Part shown: positions 40,595 through 49,549 of the stretch, piece after piece
How the letters are laid out: every line of letters starts with the position of its first letter
Numbering within the stretch: position 1 is the stretch's first letter
Assembly (NCBI GenBank): GCA_963775425.1
Contig: CAVZJB010000011.1
Coordinates: 512,001-576,000, forward strand
Source: an uncultured delta proteobacterium
GTDB taxonomy: Bacteria; Myxococcota; UBA727; VGSZ01
DNA: 64,000 nt
Direction of reading: 5' to 3'
Position numbers and translations under genes: made by a program
The notes under the pieces: generated by a model
The model's database searches: none
The model's input: the letters and a program-made list of their open reading frames with translations, nothing else
Told to the model about the DNA's origin: nothing

Positions 40595-41409
40595 CGCGAT
40601 CGGAAGAAGGCTTCTCCGGCGACGACGCCGACGGCCCGCTCATCCTCACCGTGGACGGCGTCGACGTCCGCGAGTCCACGTGGGCCGGCGCCTATTACTG
40701 CGCCCACGTCCTGTGGCTCGCCTCGGGCGCCGCCGGCGAGGAAGCGACCACGCTGGTGCGCGACGGCGCGGGCGATCCGCTCGTGGGCTTCCTGCACGTG
40801 CCCGCCGACGCCGAGACCACCGGCCACCCCGGCCGCGCGCGCTTTGACCGCCACCGCGGCACCGCGCGCGTCGTCGCGTGCGCGCTCGCGGGGATCCTCG
40901 ACGAGCTGCGCGGCCGCATCGCGAGCCCGCGCGTGTTGCTCACGGGCTTCGGGCCGTTCGCGGCGGTGGTCTCGAACCCCACCGGCGACTTCGTCGAGCA
41001 CGATGAGTCCGTCGCGCACGCGCTGGCGCTCGCGGCAGGGATGCCGGCGCAGCGCCGGCCCGACCTGGCCAAGCTCGCCGGCGACGGCGCGCAGATCTCG
41101 GCACACGTCGCCGGCGACGTCCTCCTCGCGCGCCTGCGCCTCGACGTCGACGACGTCGCCCTCCATCCGACGCGGCCGGGCTCGCTGCCCTGGGCGCTCG
41201 CCCGCGTTCGCCCGCACGCCCTCGTCGCGCTCGGCGTGCACCGCGCGTCGAACAACTACCGCGTCGAGCTCGAGCCCACCAACGCCGGCCTCGCCGGCGG
41301 CCACCCGCCCCGCCACGAGCGCGGCCGCCCCATCGACGCGCGCCGCCCGCACAACCGCGCCCTCGCCCGCGCCATCGCCCGAGGCGCCGCCCGCCTCGGG
41401 GTGTCTTGA
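40591..41409 (+). CDS. Pyroglutamyl-peptidase I (C15)-like protein, circularly permuted
   Basis: AGAYYC and GFLHVP precede LLTGFGPF...NP and LG...VE...N; ATGA overlap with coaBC. Confidence 0.75.
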   Translation: MTRSEEGFSGDDADGPLILTVDGVDVRESTWAGAYYCAHVLWLASGAAGEEATTLVRDGAGDPLVGFLHVPADAETTGHPGRARFDRHRGTARVVACALAGILDELRGRIASPRVLLTGFGPFAAVVSNPTGDFVEHDESVAHALALAAGMPAQRRPDLAKLAGDGAQISAHVAGDVLLARLRLDVDDVALHPTRPGSLPWALARVRPHALVALGVHRASNNYRVELEPTNAGLAGGHPPRHERGRPIDARRPHNRALARAIARGAARLGVS

Positions 41410-41511
41410 GGGGCGCGCTCCCGCCGCCCGCTTGTCGGACGCACGTAGGCATCGGTCGGTTGGCCGTGGCGCCGCAATGGCGTGCGCACACGCCCCGATA
41501 CCTGCGTCACC

Positions 41512-42939
41512 ATGCCGGTGAACGCATCCATCAGGAACCTCGGAGGAGACGGGCGCTTCTCGCCCGAGGACGCACGCGCGCTCGAGGCGCTCGTGCAGCA
41601 CGGCGACGTCAGCGCCGACGAGGCGCGCGACGCCGTCACCCGCTACGGCGACGTGATGGACCCGGGGGCGTCGAGCCTCCTCGCGGCCTTCACCGGCGCG
41701 GAGCACCCGAGCACCTTCACCGGGATCCCGGCGTCTTTGCGGCGGCGCGGTGTCGCGCCGCCCGCCGCCGGCGACGACGTGCGCACGCTGCAGCGCGCGC
41801 TGATGATGCTCGGCATGCGTACGCAGGACGCGGCGCTCACGCTGCCGAGCGGCGTCGACGGCAAATACGGCAACGAGACCACGAACGCCGTGAGCGCATT
41901 TCAGCAGGCGCGCGGTATCCCCGCCACCGGCGCCGCCGACCCCGCGACGCTCGACGCGCTCGACCAGGCCGTGCGCAACGCCGGGGCCTTCCCGCGAGGG
42001 ACAGCGACGCCGCCGGCGACGACGTCCGACGCCACGGGGACCGTGGGCACGCGCCCGCGGCGTGGCCTCGCCGGGCGCGACACGCGCAGCGAGGCGCAGC
42101 GCTGGAGGGACGCGGCGACGGCGGGCGCCCGGTCGATCGTCGACAAGAGCGCCTCGCACGAAAAGGGCATCGAGGACGGCGGGCTCGGCGACTTCTACGG
42201 CGACCACGGCACGCTCGCCGAGGCAGTGCACAAGGGGGACAAGGACACCGTCGCCGCCGCGGTGTCGTCGATGTCGAACGGCCGCTGGACCTTCAAGTCG
42301 ATGACCAACAACTCCGTCACGGTGCAGGACGCGAGCGGCGCGGAGAAGAAGCTGCGCGAGAGCTCCTGCATCGGCTGGGTCATGGACAACGTGAAGGCGG
42401 CGTACCAGGCCGCCGGCAAGGCCGACCGCTTCAAGGAGATCGAGAGCCACATGCGCGCGAGCGGGATGCGCGGCACGGTGCTGTGCGAGGAGCTGCAGAA
42501 GGACGGCTGGAAGGCGGTGTTCTACTCACCGCGCACGGCGGACGATCTCGCGTCGTCGTCGAGCTCCAAGGCCAAGCTCGAGGCGCTCCAGATGGCCGAG
42601 GCCGGCAAGCGCATCTGGAAGGCCGGCGGCGATCCGCTCTCGCACGGCGTGAAGCCCGACGTCGTCGTCACCGGCTACCGCGACAGCGAGCCCAACGAAG
42701 CGACCGACGCGCTCCTGCACAAGCTCGAGAGCGCCCCGTTCCTCGTCGGCGTCGCCAACGGCGGAACGCACACCTTCGTCGGCCACGCCGGCAGCGTCAC
42801 CGACTTCCACTGGACCGCCGGCCCCGACAGCCAGCACGCCATCAGCGAGACGCCGATCCGCACCTGGGAGTGGGACACCGGTCTGTACATGATCCCCCCG
42901 GGCGCGTGGCCGAGCGCCACCCCGGGCAACAACGCGTGA
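41512..42939 (+). CDS. Peptidoglycan-binding domain protein with putative Cys-His catalytic C-terminal domain
   Basis: GDDVRTLQRAL...VDGKYG.ET..AV.AFQ PG-binding motif; SSCIGW and GTHT motifs. Confidence 0.75.
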   Translation: MPVNASIRNLGGDGRFSPEDARALEALVQHGDVSADEARDAVTRYGDVMDPGASSLLAAFTGAEHPSTFTGIPASLRRRGVAPPAAGDDVRTLQRALMMLGMRTQDAALTLPSGVDGKYGNETTNAVSAFQQARGIPATGAADPATLDALDQAVRNAGAFPRGTATPPATTSDATGTVGTRPRRGLAGRDTRSEAQRWRDAATAGARSIVDKSASHEKGIEDGGLGDFYGDHGTLAEAVHKGDKDTVAAAVSSMSNGRWTFKSMTNNSVTVQDASGAEKKLRESSCIGWVMDNVKAAYQAAGKADRFKEIESHMRASGMRGTVLCEELQKDGWKAVFYSPRTADDLASSSSSKAKLEALQMAEAGKRIWKAGGDPLSHGVKPDVVVTGYRDSEPNEATDALLHKLESAPFLVGVANGGTHTFVGHAGSVTDFHWTAGPDSQHAISETPIRTWEWDTGLYMIPPGAWPSATPGNNA

Positions 42940-42960
42940 CGCGCCGGCGTCGCGCGCCGC

Positions 42961-44049
42961 TCACGGCGCGAGCGCGCCGGCGGGCGCGGCGTCGCGCAGC
43001 GCCGGCGTGACGGCGAGCTCGCGGAGGACGCGGCGCGGCCACGAGGGGCCGCCGTAGACGAAGCCCGTGTAGCTCTGCACGAGCGCCGCGCCCGCCTCGA
43101 GCTTGGCCCGTGCGCCCGCGCCGTCCTCGACACCGCCGACGCCGATGAAGGTGAGGCGCCGACCGAATTCTCCCGCCAGCGTGCGCAGCAGTCCGGTGGA
43201 GCGTTCAAAGAGCGGCGCGCCCGAGATGCCGCCGGGGCCTTCGGGGACCGGGCCGACGAGGCCCTCACGGGAGATCGTGGTGTTGCTGACGACGAGCCCC
43301 GCGCAGCCGGCGTCGGCCGCGGCGGCGGCGCAGGCGCGCGCGTCGTCGTCGGCGAGGTCGGGCGCGAGCTTCACGAGGATGGGGCGCGGCGCGGCGCGCC
43401 TCGCGTTCGGCCCGCACACGGCGTCGAGCACGCGCGACAGCTCGTCGATGCGCTGCAGGTCGCGCAGGCCCGGCGTGTTCGGCGACGACACGTTGACGAC
43501 GACGTAGTCGGCGACGTCGGCGACGGCGGCGAAGCTCTCGGCGTAGTCGGCGGCGGCGTCCTCGAGCGGCACCACCTTGGTCTTTCCGATGTTGACGCCC
43601 ACGGGGATCTTCACGCGAGCGCGCTTGCGGACGTCGGCGAGGCGGGCGGCGCAGGCGGCGGCGCCGTGGTTGTTGAAGCCGAGGCGGTTCAAGAGCGCGC
43701 GGTCGCCGGGGAGGCGGAACAGGCGCGGCTTGTCGTTGCCCGGCTGCGCCTTCGCCGTCACGGTGCCCACCTCGACGAAGCCGAAGCCGAGCGCCTGCCA
43801 GGCCGGGATGCACTCGGCGTCCTTGTCGAAGCCGGCGGCGAGCCCGAGCGGATTCGGGAAGCGCAGCCCGAGCGCCTCGCGGGCGAGGGAGGCCGCGCGC
43901 GCCGGGTCACCTTGCGGGAGGTCGACGGTGCACACGCGCGACCACGCCGACAACGACGTCATCGCGAGCCGGTGCACGCGCTCGGCGTCGACGAGGAACA
44001 GCGCCGCGCGCGCGAGCTTCCAGACAGGCGAGGAGCGGGGTGGGGTCAC
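42961..44049 (-). CDS. pyrD: Quinone-dependent dihydroorotate dehydrogenase
   Basis: NPLGLAAGFDK, NRLGFNN, VNVSSPNTPGLR, VKLAPD, SNTT. Confidence 0.96.
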   Translation of the reverse strand: MTPPRSSPVWKLARAALFLVDAERVHRLAMTSLSAWSRVCTVDLPQGDPARAASLAREALGLRFPNPLGLAAGFDKDAECIPAWQALGFGFVEVGTVTAKAQPGNDKPRLFRLPGDRALLNRLGFNNHGAAACAARLADVRKRARVKIPVGVNIGKTKVVPLEDAAADYAESFAAVADVADYVVVNVSSPNTPGLRDLQRIDELSRVLDAVCGPNARRAAPRPILVKLAPDLADDDARACAAAAADAGCAGLVVSNTTISREGLVGPVPEGPGGISGAPLFERSTGLLRTLAGEFGRRLTFIGVGGVEDGAGARAKLEAGAALVQSYTGFVYGGPSWPRRVLRELAVTPALRDAAPAGALAP

Positions 44050-44244
44050 GTCGGACAGGGCAATAGCATCGGCGTCGCCACGTCCAGAAGAACAAGGCGC
44101 AGCTCGCCACGACCACGGCCACCGACGGCCACGTGCGCGGGTCGACGAGCTGGGAGCCGAGGAAGAACATGCCGGCGACGAAAGGACGCGAGGTCGGGGG
44201 CGGTCCGGACCACGACGTCACGCTTGCACGCGCTATCATCCGGC

Positions 44245-45918
44245 ATGGTCTCTCGCTCCGGCGGCCCCGGCCCCGGCTTCGTCCCCTCGGGCGGCGCCAA
44301 CGACAACCGCCTCGACCAGGCGCGGGAGCAGCAGCTCCGCCAGCTCCAGGAGCAGCAGATCACGCACTCGCGCCAGGACTCCGAGCGCCTGGTCGAGCAC
44401 ATCACGCAGCGCTTGCAGCAGAGGAACGCGGGCCTGCGCGTGAGCGGCCCGCAGCCGGGCGAGCCCGGGCGGCCTGCGCGCGGCAACGCGCCCGACGGCC
44501 CGGTGCCGCGCGCGACGCCGCCCGCGCGAGGCAACGCGGAGGCGCCGCCGGCGAACGCGCCGACGTCGTCATCGACGCCGGCCGAGGCGGCGCCCGCGAA
44601 CGTGGACCTCGGCAGGCTGGTCGCGGACTTCCAGCGGCAAAACGGCCTGCCCGTCACGGGCAAGCTCGACGCGGGGACGGTCAGCACGTTGAGGGAGAGC
44701 GGCGTCATCGAGCGCGCGCCGTCGACGACGACGCAGGGGCGCGCGCCGGAGCCGGCGAGCCCGCGGGCGGCGCCGCGGCCGGCGGACACGGCGGCGGCGC
44801 GGCAGGCGCGCTCGGCGGTGGAGCAGCAGGTGCGCGCGCGCGTCGACGGCGCGGGGCCGAAGAGCGAGCCGCAGCCGCGCGAGGCGGGGGCGCCGCTCGA
44901 TCGCATCGCGGATCCCACGCGGATGCTCGCGTCGTTGTTCGCCGCCGGCTTCGTCGGACAAAAGGGGAGCCTCGAGGAGGGGCTCAAGAGCTTTCAGGCG
45001 ACGTTCGGCCTGCCGCTCACCGGCAAGCCGGACGCGGAGACGCTGAAGGCGCTCGCCGAGCACGGCGTCGTCGAGGCGGACGTCCCGAAGAAGGCGCAGA
45101 GCGAAAAGCCCGTCGAGCCCAAGCAGACGGTGCGGCGCGCGTTGAACGAGACCACGTCGAAGAACCAGGCCGATCGCGACGTCGCGCGCGATCCCCTGCG
45201 GCCGCAGGCGCCGACCCAGAAGCCCACCACCACCGCGGACGTCGCGGCCCGGGCGCCGGTGAGCGCGCAGTCCGCCGACGCCGTCGCGGAGCAGGCGCGG
45301 CTCGACACGGTGATGGCCCAGCAGCAGGCGGTGGAGCGCGGCGTGCAGGAGGGCACCGGGGATCCCGCGGCGGACAAGGGCCACGGGGAGGTCGAGGGGC
45401 AGGGCGCCGGGCTTCGTGGCAAGGGGGGCGTCACCGGCGGCGGCGGCGTCGAGGGAGAAGGCGAGGCGGCGGCCGCGCTCGAGGGGCCCGAGGGCGAGGA
45501 GAGCGTCACGGGCAACAGCAAGGCCGGCGACGACGACTTCACCGACGACGCCCGGGGCAACGCCAACATGAAGGCCGTCGGCGACGAGGACGGCGAGGTG
45601 CTTCCGGGGTACTGGCAGGTGCCGCCGCTGTCGGAGCAGGTGCGGACGGCGCTCAACGCCATCGCGCGTGACGACGACGGCAACGGCCCGGTGACCTACA
45701 CCTGGGACGTCACGTTCCTGCGGCCCGGCGTCTATGGCCCGGGCCAGCCCGCCGACGAGCTGTGGCACGTCGCCGTCAACCGAGCCACGGCGTTCGATCC
45801 CGTCTGGCAGACCGCCGCCGACGCCATCGCGTCGCGCATGCTCTACGCCGAGCCCGACGCCCAGCCGCCGACCCTCGACGACTTCATCCTCGCCCTCCGC
45901 CGGGCGCGCGTCCGATGA
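44245..45918 (+). CDS. Protein with two peptidoglycan-binding motifs, low-complexity linkers and an unknown C-terminal domain
   Basis: FQRQNGLPVTGKLD and FQATFGLPLTGKPD. Confidence 0.75.
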   Translation: MVSRSGGPGPGFVPSGGANDNRLDQAREQQLRQLQEQQITHSRQDSERLVEHITQRLQQRNAGLRVSGPQPGEPGRPARGNAPDGPVPRATPPARGNAEAPPANAPTSSSTPAEAAPANVDLGRLVADFQRQNGLPVTGKLDAGTVSTLRESGVIERAPSTTTQGRAPEPASPRAAPRPADTAAARQARSAVEQQVRARVDGAGPKSEPQPREAGAPLDRIADPTRMLASLFAAGFVGQKGSLEEGLKSFQATFGLPLTGKPDAETLKALAEHGVVEADVPKKAQSEKPVEPKQTVRRALNETTSKNQADRDVARDPLRPQAPTQKPTTTADVAARAPVSAQSADAVAEQARLDTVMAQQQAVERGVQEGTGDPAADKGHGEVEGQGAGLRGKGGVTGGGGVEGEGEAAAALEGPEGEESVTGNSKAGDDDFTDDARGNANMKAVGDEDGEVLPGYWQVPPLSEQVRTALNAIARDDDGNGPVTYTWDVTFLRPGVYGPGQPADELWHVAVNRATAFDPVWQTAADAIASRMLYAEPDAQPPTLDDFILALRRARVR

Positions 45919-46322
45919 CCTCCGCGCGGCACGTCCTCACCATCCTCGCCGTCGACGACGTCGCGCGCGCCGCCGCTTTCTACCGCGGCGCCTTCGGCTG
46001 GACCGCCGCCGTCGAGCTGCCGCACTACGTGGAGCTCGCGCTCCCCGGGGGCATGCGCCTCGGCCTGTACGCGCGCGCGGGCTTCGCGAACAACACCGGC
46101 GCGCGCCCGGCGGATCGGCCGGTCGCGCCCGAGGGGCTCGCGCCGATGACCACGGCGACCGAGCTCTACCTGCACGTCGACGACCTCGACGCCGCCGAGG
46201 CCGCGCTCGCCTCGCAGGGCGCGCGCCGTCTGAGCGCCCGCGCCGCCCGCGACTGGGGCGACGTCGCCGCCTACTATGCCGACCCCGACGGCAACGTCGT
46301 CGTCGTCGCGCGCCCGACCTGA
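45915..46322 (+). CDS. VOC/glyoxalase family protein
   Basis: LAVDDVARAAAFY...WG...AYYADPDGN; ATGA overlap. Confidence 0.9.
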   Translation: MTSARHVLTILAVDDVARAAAFYRGAFGWTAAVELPHYVELALPGGMRLGLYARAGFANNTGARPADRPVAPEGLAPMTTATELYLHVDDLDAAEAALASQGARRLSARAARDWGDVAAYYADPDGNVVVVARPT

Positions 46323-46408
46323 GCCGCGACGGCCGTCGCCCCGACGCGGGAGAGGCGCCGACGGCGCGCGGCGTAGACATTCGCGGCGGGGCCCGACGTC
46401 GTCGTCGG

Positions 46409-46575
46409 CGACCCGGCGGAGCTTGACGTCGGCCGCGTCGACGCCCCGTAGGGCGGGGGCTTGTCCCCCGCGTCGGAGAGGCCAGGCGGACGTTGCCTCC
46501 GACGCGCCCCACGAGGGGGCGCCCTACGTCTCGATGCCGTGCGTGTCGTGTCGCCCCGATGCGAGAACGGCGGGC
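46409..46575. repeat. REPIN-like dispersed repeat, copy 2, bracketed by 38-bp perfect direct repeats
   Basis: GTAG 46448 ... CTAC 46527; direct repeats at 46376-46413 and 46637-46674. Confidence 0.85.
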
Positions 46576-46687
46576 CAAGACGTCGTCGTCAGCGACGAAC
46601 GCCCTGCCGACGTGCCGTGTCGACGCGTGCGGCGACGACATTCGCGGCGGGGCCCGACGTCGTCGTCGGCGACCAACGCCGCTCAGC

Positions 46688-47236
46688 TCAGGCGCCGACC
46701 AGCATGCGCTCGGCGAGCTTCGTGGCCACGCCCTCGTCGCGCAGGGCCTCGACGAGGGCGAGCGCGAAGGGCACCGCGGTGCCGATGGCGCGCGAGGTGA
46801 TGACGTTTCCGTCGCGCACGACGGTGGTGGCCTCGAAGCGGGCGCCGCCGAGCTGGTCTTCGAAGCCGGGGAAGCACGTGGCGCGTTTGCCCTCGAGGAC
46901 GCCGGCCCTGGCGAGGGCGATGGGCGCGGCGCAGATGGCGCCGACGAGGGCGCCGGCGGCGGCGTGGGCCTGCACGAGCTTCTGCACGCCCCAGTGATCG
47001 CGCAGGCGCGCCGCGCCGGGCATGCCGCCGGGGAGCACGACGAGGTCGTAGCGCTCGCCCTTCCTGTCGGACAACAGCGCGTCCGCCTCGACGACGATGC
47101 CGTGGTTGCCTGTGACCTTCTTGGCCTCGACGCCGAGCACCTCGACCTTGACCTCGCCGCGGCGGAGCACGTCGATGGTGGTGACGGCCTCGGTCTCTTC
47201 GAAGCCGTCAGCGAGGATCACGCACGCGCGCTTCAT
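46688..47236 (-). CDS. DJ-1/PfpI (YajL/ThiJ-like) protein
   Basis: LADGFEETEA, VLPGGMPG, AICAAP. Confidence 0.93.
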   Translation of the reverse strand: MKRACVILADGFEETEAVTTIDVLRRGEVKVEVLGVEAKKVTGNHGIVVEADALLSDRKGERYDLVVLPGGMPGAARLRDHWGVQKLVQAHAAAGALVGAICAAPIALARAGVLEGKRATCFPGFEDQLGGARFEATTVVRDGNVITSRAIGTAVPFALALVEALRDEGVATKLAERMLVGA

Positions 47237-48489
47237 GAGCCTGCCTCCCTCGGTGGCCGCGGGCGCGACCCGGGGTGCACGACTAGAACGACGACGCCCG
47301 AGAGGAAAGTCAGCCCGGCCACCACGCCGAGCGCGCCGGGGACGCCGACGGCGTCGGCGACGGCGCCGCCGACGAGGGCGCCGGCGGCGTAGCCGGAGTC
47401 GCGCCACAGCCGGTAGGTGCCGACGGCGGACGCGCGCCACGACGGCGCCGCGGCGTCACCGATGCCGGCGAGGAGCGTGGGGTAGACGAGGGCGGTGCCG
47501 GCGCCGAGCAGCAGCGCAGCGCCCGCGAACGCGAGGAACGACGTGGACACGGCGACGGCGGCGAGGGCCGCGGCCTGCGTGAGCATGCCCGCGACGACGA
47601 GGGGCTTGCGGCCGGTGCGATCCGACAGCGGGCCCGTGAAGAGCTGCAGCACGCCCCACGACGTCGGATAGAGCGAGACGAGCACGGCGATGCCGCCGAC
47701 GTCGAGGTGGGCGCGGGCGAACAGCAGCGGGAACAGGCCCCAGGCGACGCCGTCGTTCAGGTTGTTCACGAAGCCGGCCTGGTTCAGCGACGACAACGCG
47801 CGGTCCGTGAAGCTCGTGCGCAAGAAGATCGCGCGCTCCGTGGGCCGCGCCGCCGCCGCCTCGCCCGCCGCCGCGGCGTGCGCGCGCTGCTCGGTGGCGA
47901 CGTGATGCACGGTCTCGCGCGCGAACAAGGACAACACGAGGCCGGCGGCCGCGAAGCCCGCGCCGAGGAAGAACGGCTCGGGCCGCAGGTGCGTGCGCGC
48001 GGCGATCTCGCCGGTGGCGAGCGCGGAGAGGCCGACGGCGGCGTAGCCGGCGAACTCGTTGAGCCCCATGGCGAGCCCGCGGCGGGCGGGGCCGGCGAGG
48101 TCGATCTTCATGATCACCGTCGTCGACCAGGTGAGCCCCTGCGACACGCCGAGCAACGCGTTGGCCGCGAGGATCAGCGACCACGACGGCGCGTACGCGA
48201 GCATGAAGGGCACGGGGGCGGCGACGAGCCAGCCTCCGATGAGCACGCGCCGGCGGCCGACGACGTCGGAGACGCGGCCGGCGAGGTAGTTGGTGGCGGC
48301 CTTGGTGAGGCCGAAGACCACGATGAACGACAACATCGCGGTCTTCGCCTCGAGCCCGAAGACGTCGTGGGCGATGTCAGGCAGCAGCGAGCGCTCGAGG
48401 CCGATCATCGCGCCGACGAACGCGTTGATGACGACGAGCAGTGAGAACTGCCCGAGGTTCTCCCGGATGCCGAGGCGCGGCTCGTTCAC
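47233..48489 (-). CDS. MFS transporter
   Basis: Multiple TM segments; GRVSDVVGRR and GPLSDRTGRK motif A. Confidence 0.93.
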   Translation of the reverse strand: MNEPRLGIRENLGQFSLLVVINAFVGAMIGLERSLLPDIAHDVFGLEAKTAMLSFIVVFGLTKAATNYLAGRVSDVVGRRRVLIGGWLVAAPVPFMLAYAPSWSLILAANALLGVSQGLTWSTTVIMKIDLAGPARRGLAMGLNEFAGYAAVGLSALATGEIAARTHLRPEPFFLGAGFAAAGLVLSLFARETVHHVATEQRAHAAAAGEAAAARPTERAIFLRTSFTDRALSSLNQAGFVNNLNDGVAWGLFPLLFARAHLDVGGIAVLVSLYPTSWGVLQLFTGPLSDRTGRKPLVVAGMLTQAAALAAVAVSTSFLAFAGAALLLGAGTALVYPTLLAGIGDAAAPSWRASAVGTYRLWRDSGYAAGALVGGAVADAVGVPGALGVVAGLTFLSGVVVLVVHPGSRPRPPREAGS

Positions 48490-48513
48490 GCCGCTGCATA
48501 GCATCCGGGACGC

Positions 48514-49509
48514 TCAGGGCGAGCAGCCGAGCAGCGATTGCGTGGGGAACAGCTCCACGCCGAAGGGATCGGCCGAGCCGAGGTTGCGCGGCCAGCCGGC
48601 GCACGGCTCGAAGGCCATGTCGGGAGGCAGGTCGGTGGTCGAGCGCCCGGCGCGCGGCCGGATCCCCGTGCCCGGGAGCCGGTAGAAGTGCACGTCCCAC
48701 GTCGCGGGGTGCGCGATCGTGCAGCCCGCGTGCGCGTGGCACTCGTCGGGCGTGACGTCGGTCGGGTTCCCCGGGATGAACGGCACGTCGAGCCCGCTGT
48801 GGTTCGCGGCGATCATCCAGCCGCCCCCCGTGTGCGCTCCCGCGACGTGGATGAACCAGTCGCCGGGCGCCGCCCATGGAACGTCGCCGGGCGGAGGCTC
48901 GCAGGCCCCGGTGAGGACGTCGCCGAAGGGGATCGTCACGCTGCCGTGGGGGGAGACGACGCCGGGGCCCGCGGGCCCGGGCCCGAAGACCTTGTCGAGC
49001 CGCGGCTGGAGCGCCCCCTCGGTGAGCCAGTCGAACGTGACGAAGCCGTCGACGAAGGCCGTCTGGTCCGGCGTGGCGTGCAGCTCGAGCGCGCGTCCGC
49101 CGGAGGTGGTGCGCACCTGGGCGACGACGGCGCCGGCGGCGACGTCGTTGCCGGCGACGACGGCCTGCCCGTAGCGGGTGGCGACGACGTGCGTCAGGCG
49201 CGCGCCGACGACGAAGCGGTCGCGCTCGAGGGGCGTGCAGCCGTCGCGGAGGATGACGCCGCCGGCGGGATCGTTGGCGGACACGAGGACGCCGCCGTCT
49301 TCGCGGGCCGTGACGGAGGTGGCGATGGAGCCGCCGAGATCGACCGTCTCCGTCGTCATCGCGTCGAGGTTGCGATGGGGCGCGACGGCGACGAGCGCGA
49401 GGCCGTCGGTGTCGCCGCTGGCGACGAGGTCACCGCGATCGAGGGCGACTTCGCCTGGGCACTCCGCGAATGGTGTGATCGACGACCGCGGGCGATCGGT
49501 GGAAGGCAC
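48514..49509 (-). CDS. Hypothetical protein, beta-rich, possibly 5'-truncated
   Basis: Coding-like codon bias but no convincing start or signal peptide. Confidence 0.5.
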   Translation of the reverse strand: MPSTDRPRSSITPFAECPGEVALDRGDLVASGDTDGLALVAVAPHRNLDAMTTETVDLGGSIATSVTAREDGGVLVSANDPAGGVILRDGCTPLERDRFVVGARLTHVVATRYGQAVVAGNDVAAGAVVAQVRTTSGGRALELHATPDQTAFVDGFVTFDWLTEGALQPRLDKVFGPGPAGPGVVSPHGSVTIPFGDVLTGACEPPPGDVPWAAPGDWFIHVAGAHTGGGWMIAANHSGLDVPFIPGNPTDVTPDECHAHAGCTIAHPATWDVHFYRLPGTGIRPRAGRSTTDLPPDMAFEPCAGWPRNLGSADPFGVELFPTQSLLGCSP

Positions 49510-49549
49510 TGCGCGTGGTCAGGGACCGGAGGGAGCGCGACGATCCGCT

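Noticed and set aside
43907-44239. Small membrane-protein-like ORF upstream of pyrD
   Set aside because: Overlaps pyrD by about 140 bp and its start region overlaps the divergent promoter; not supportable
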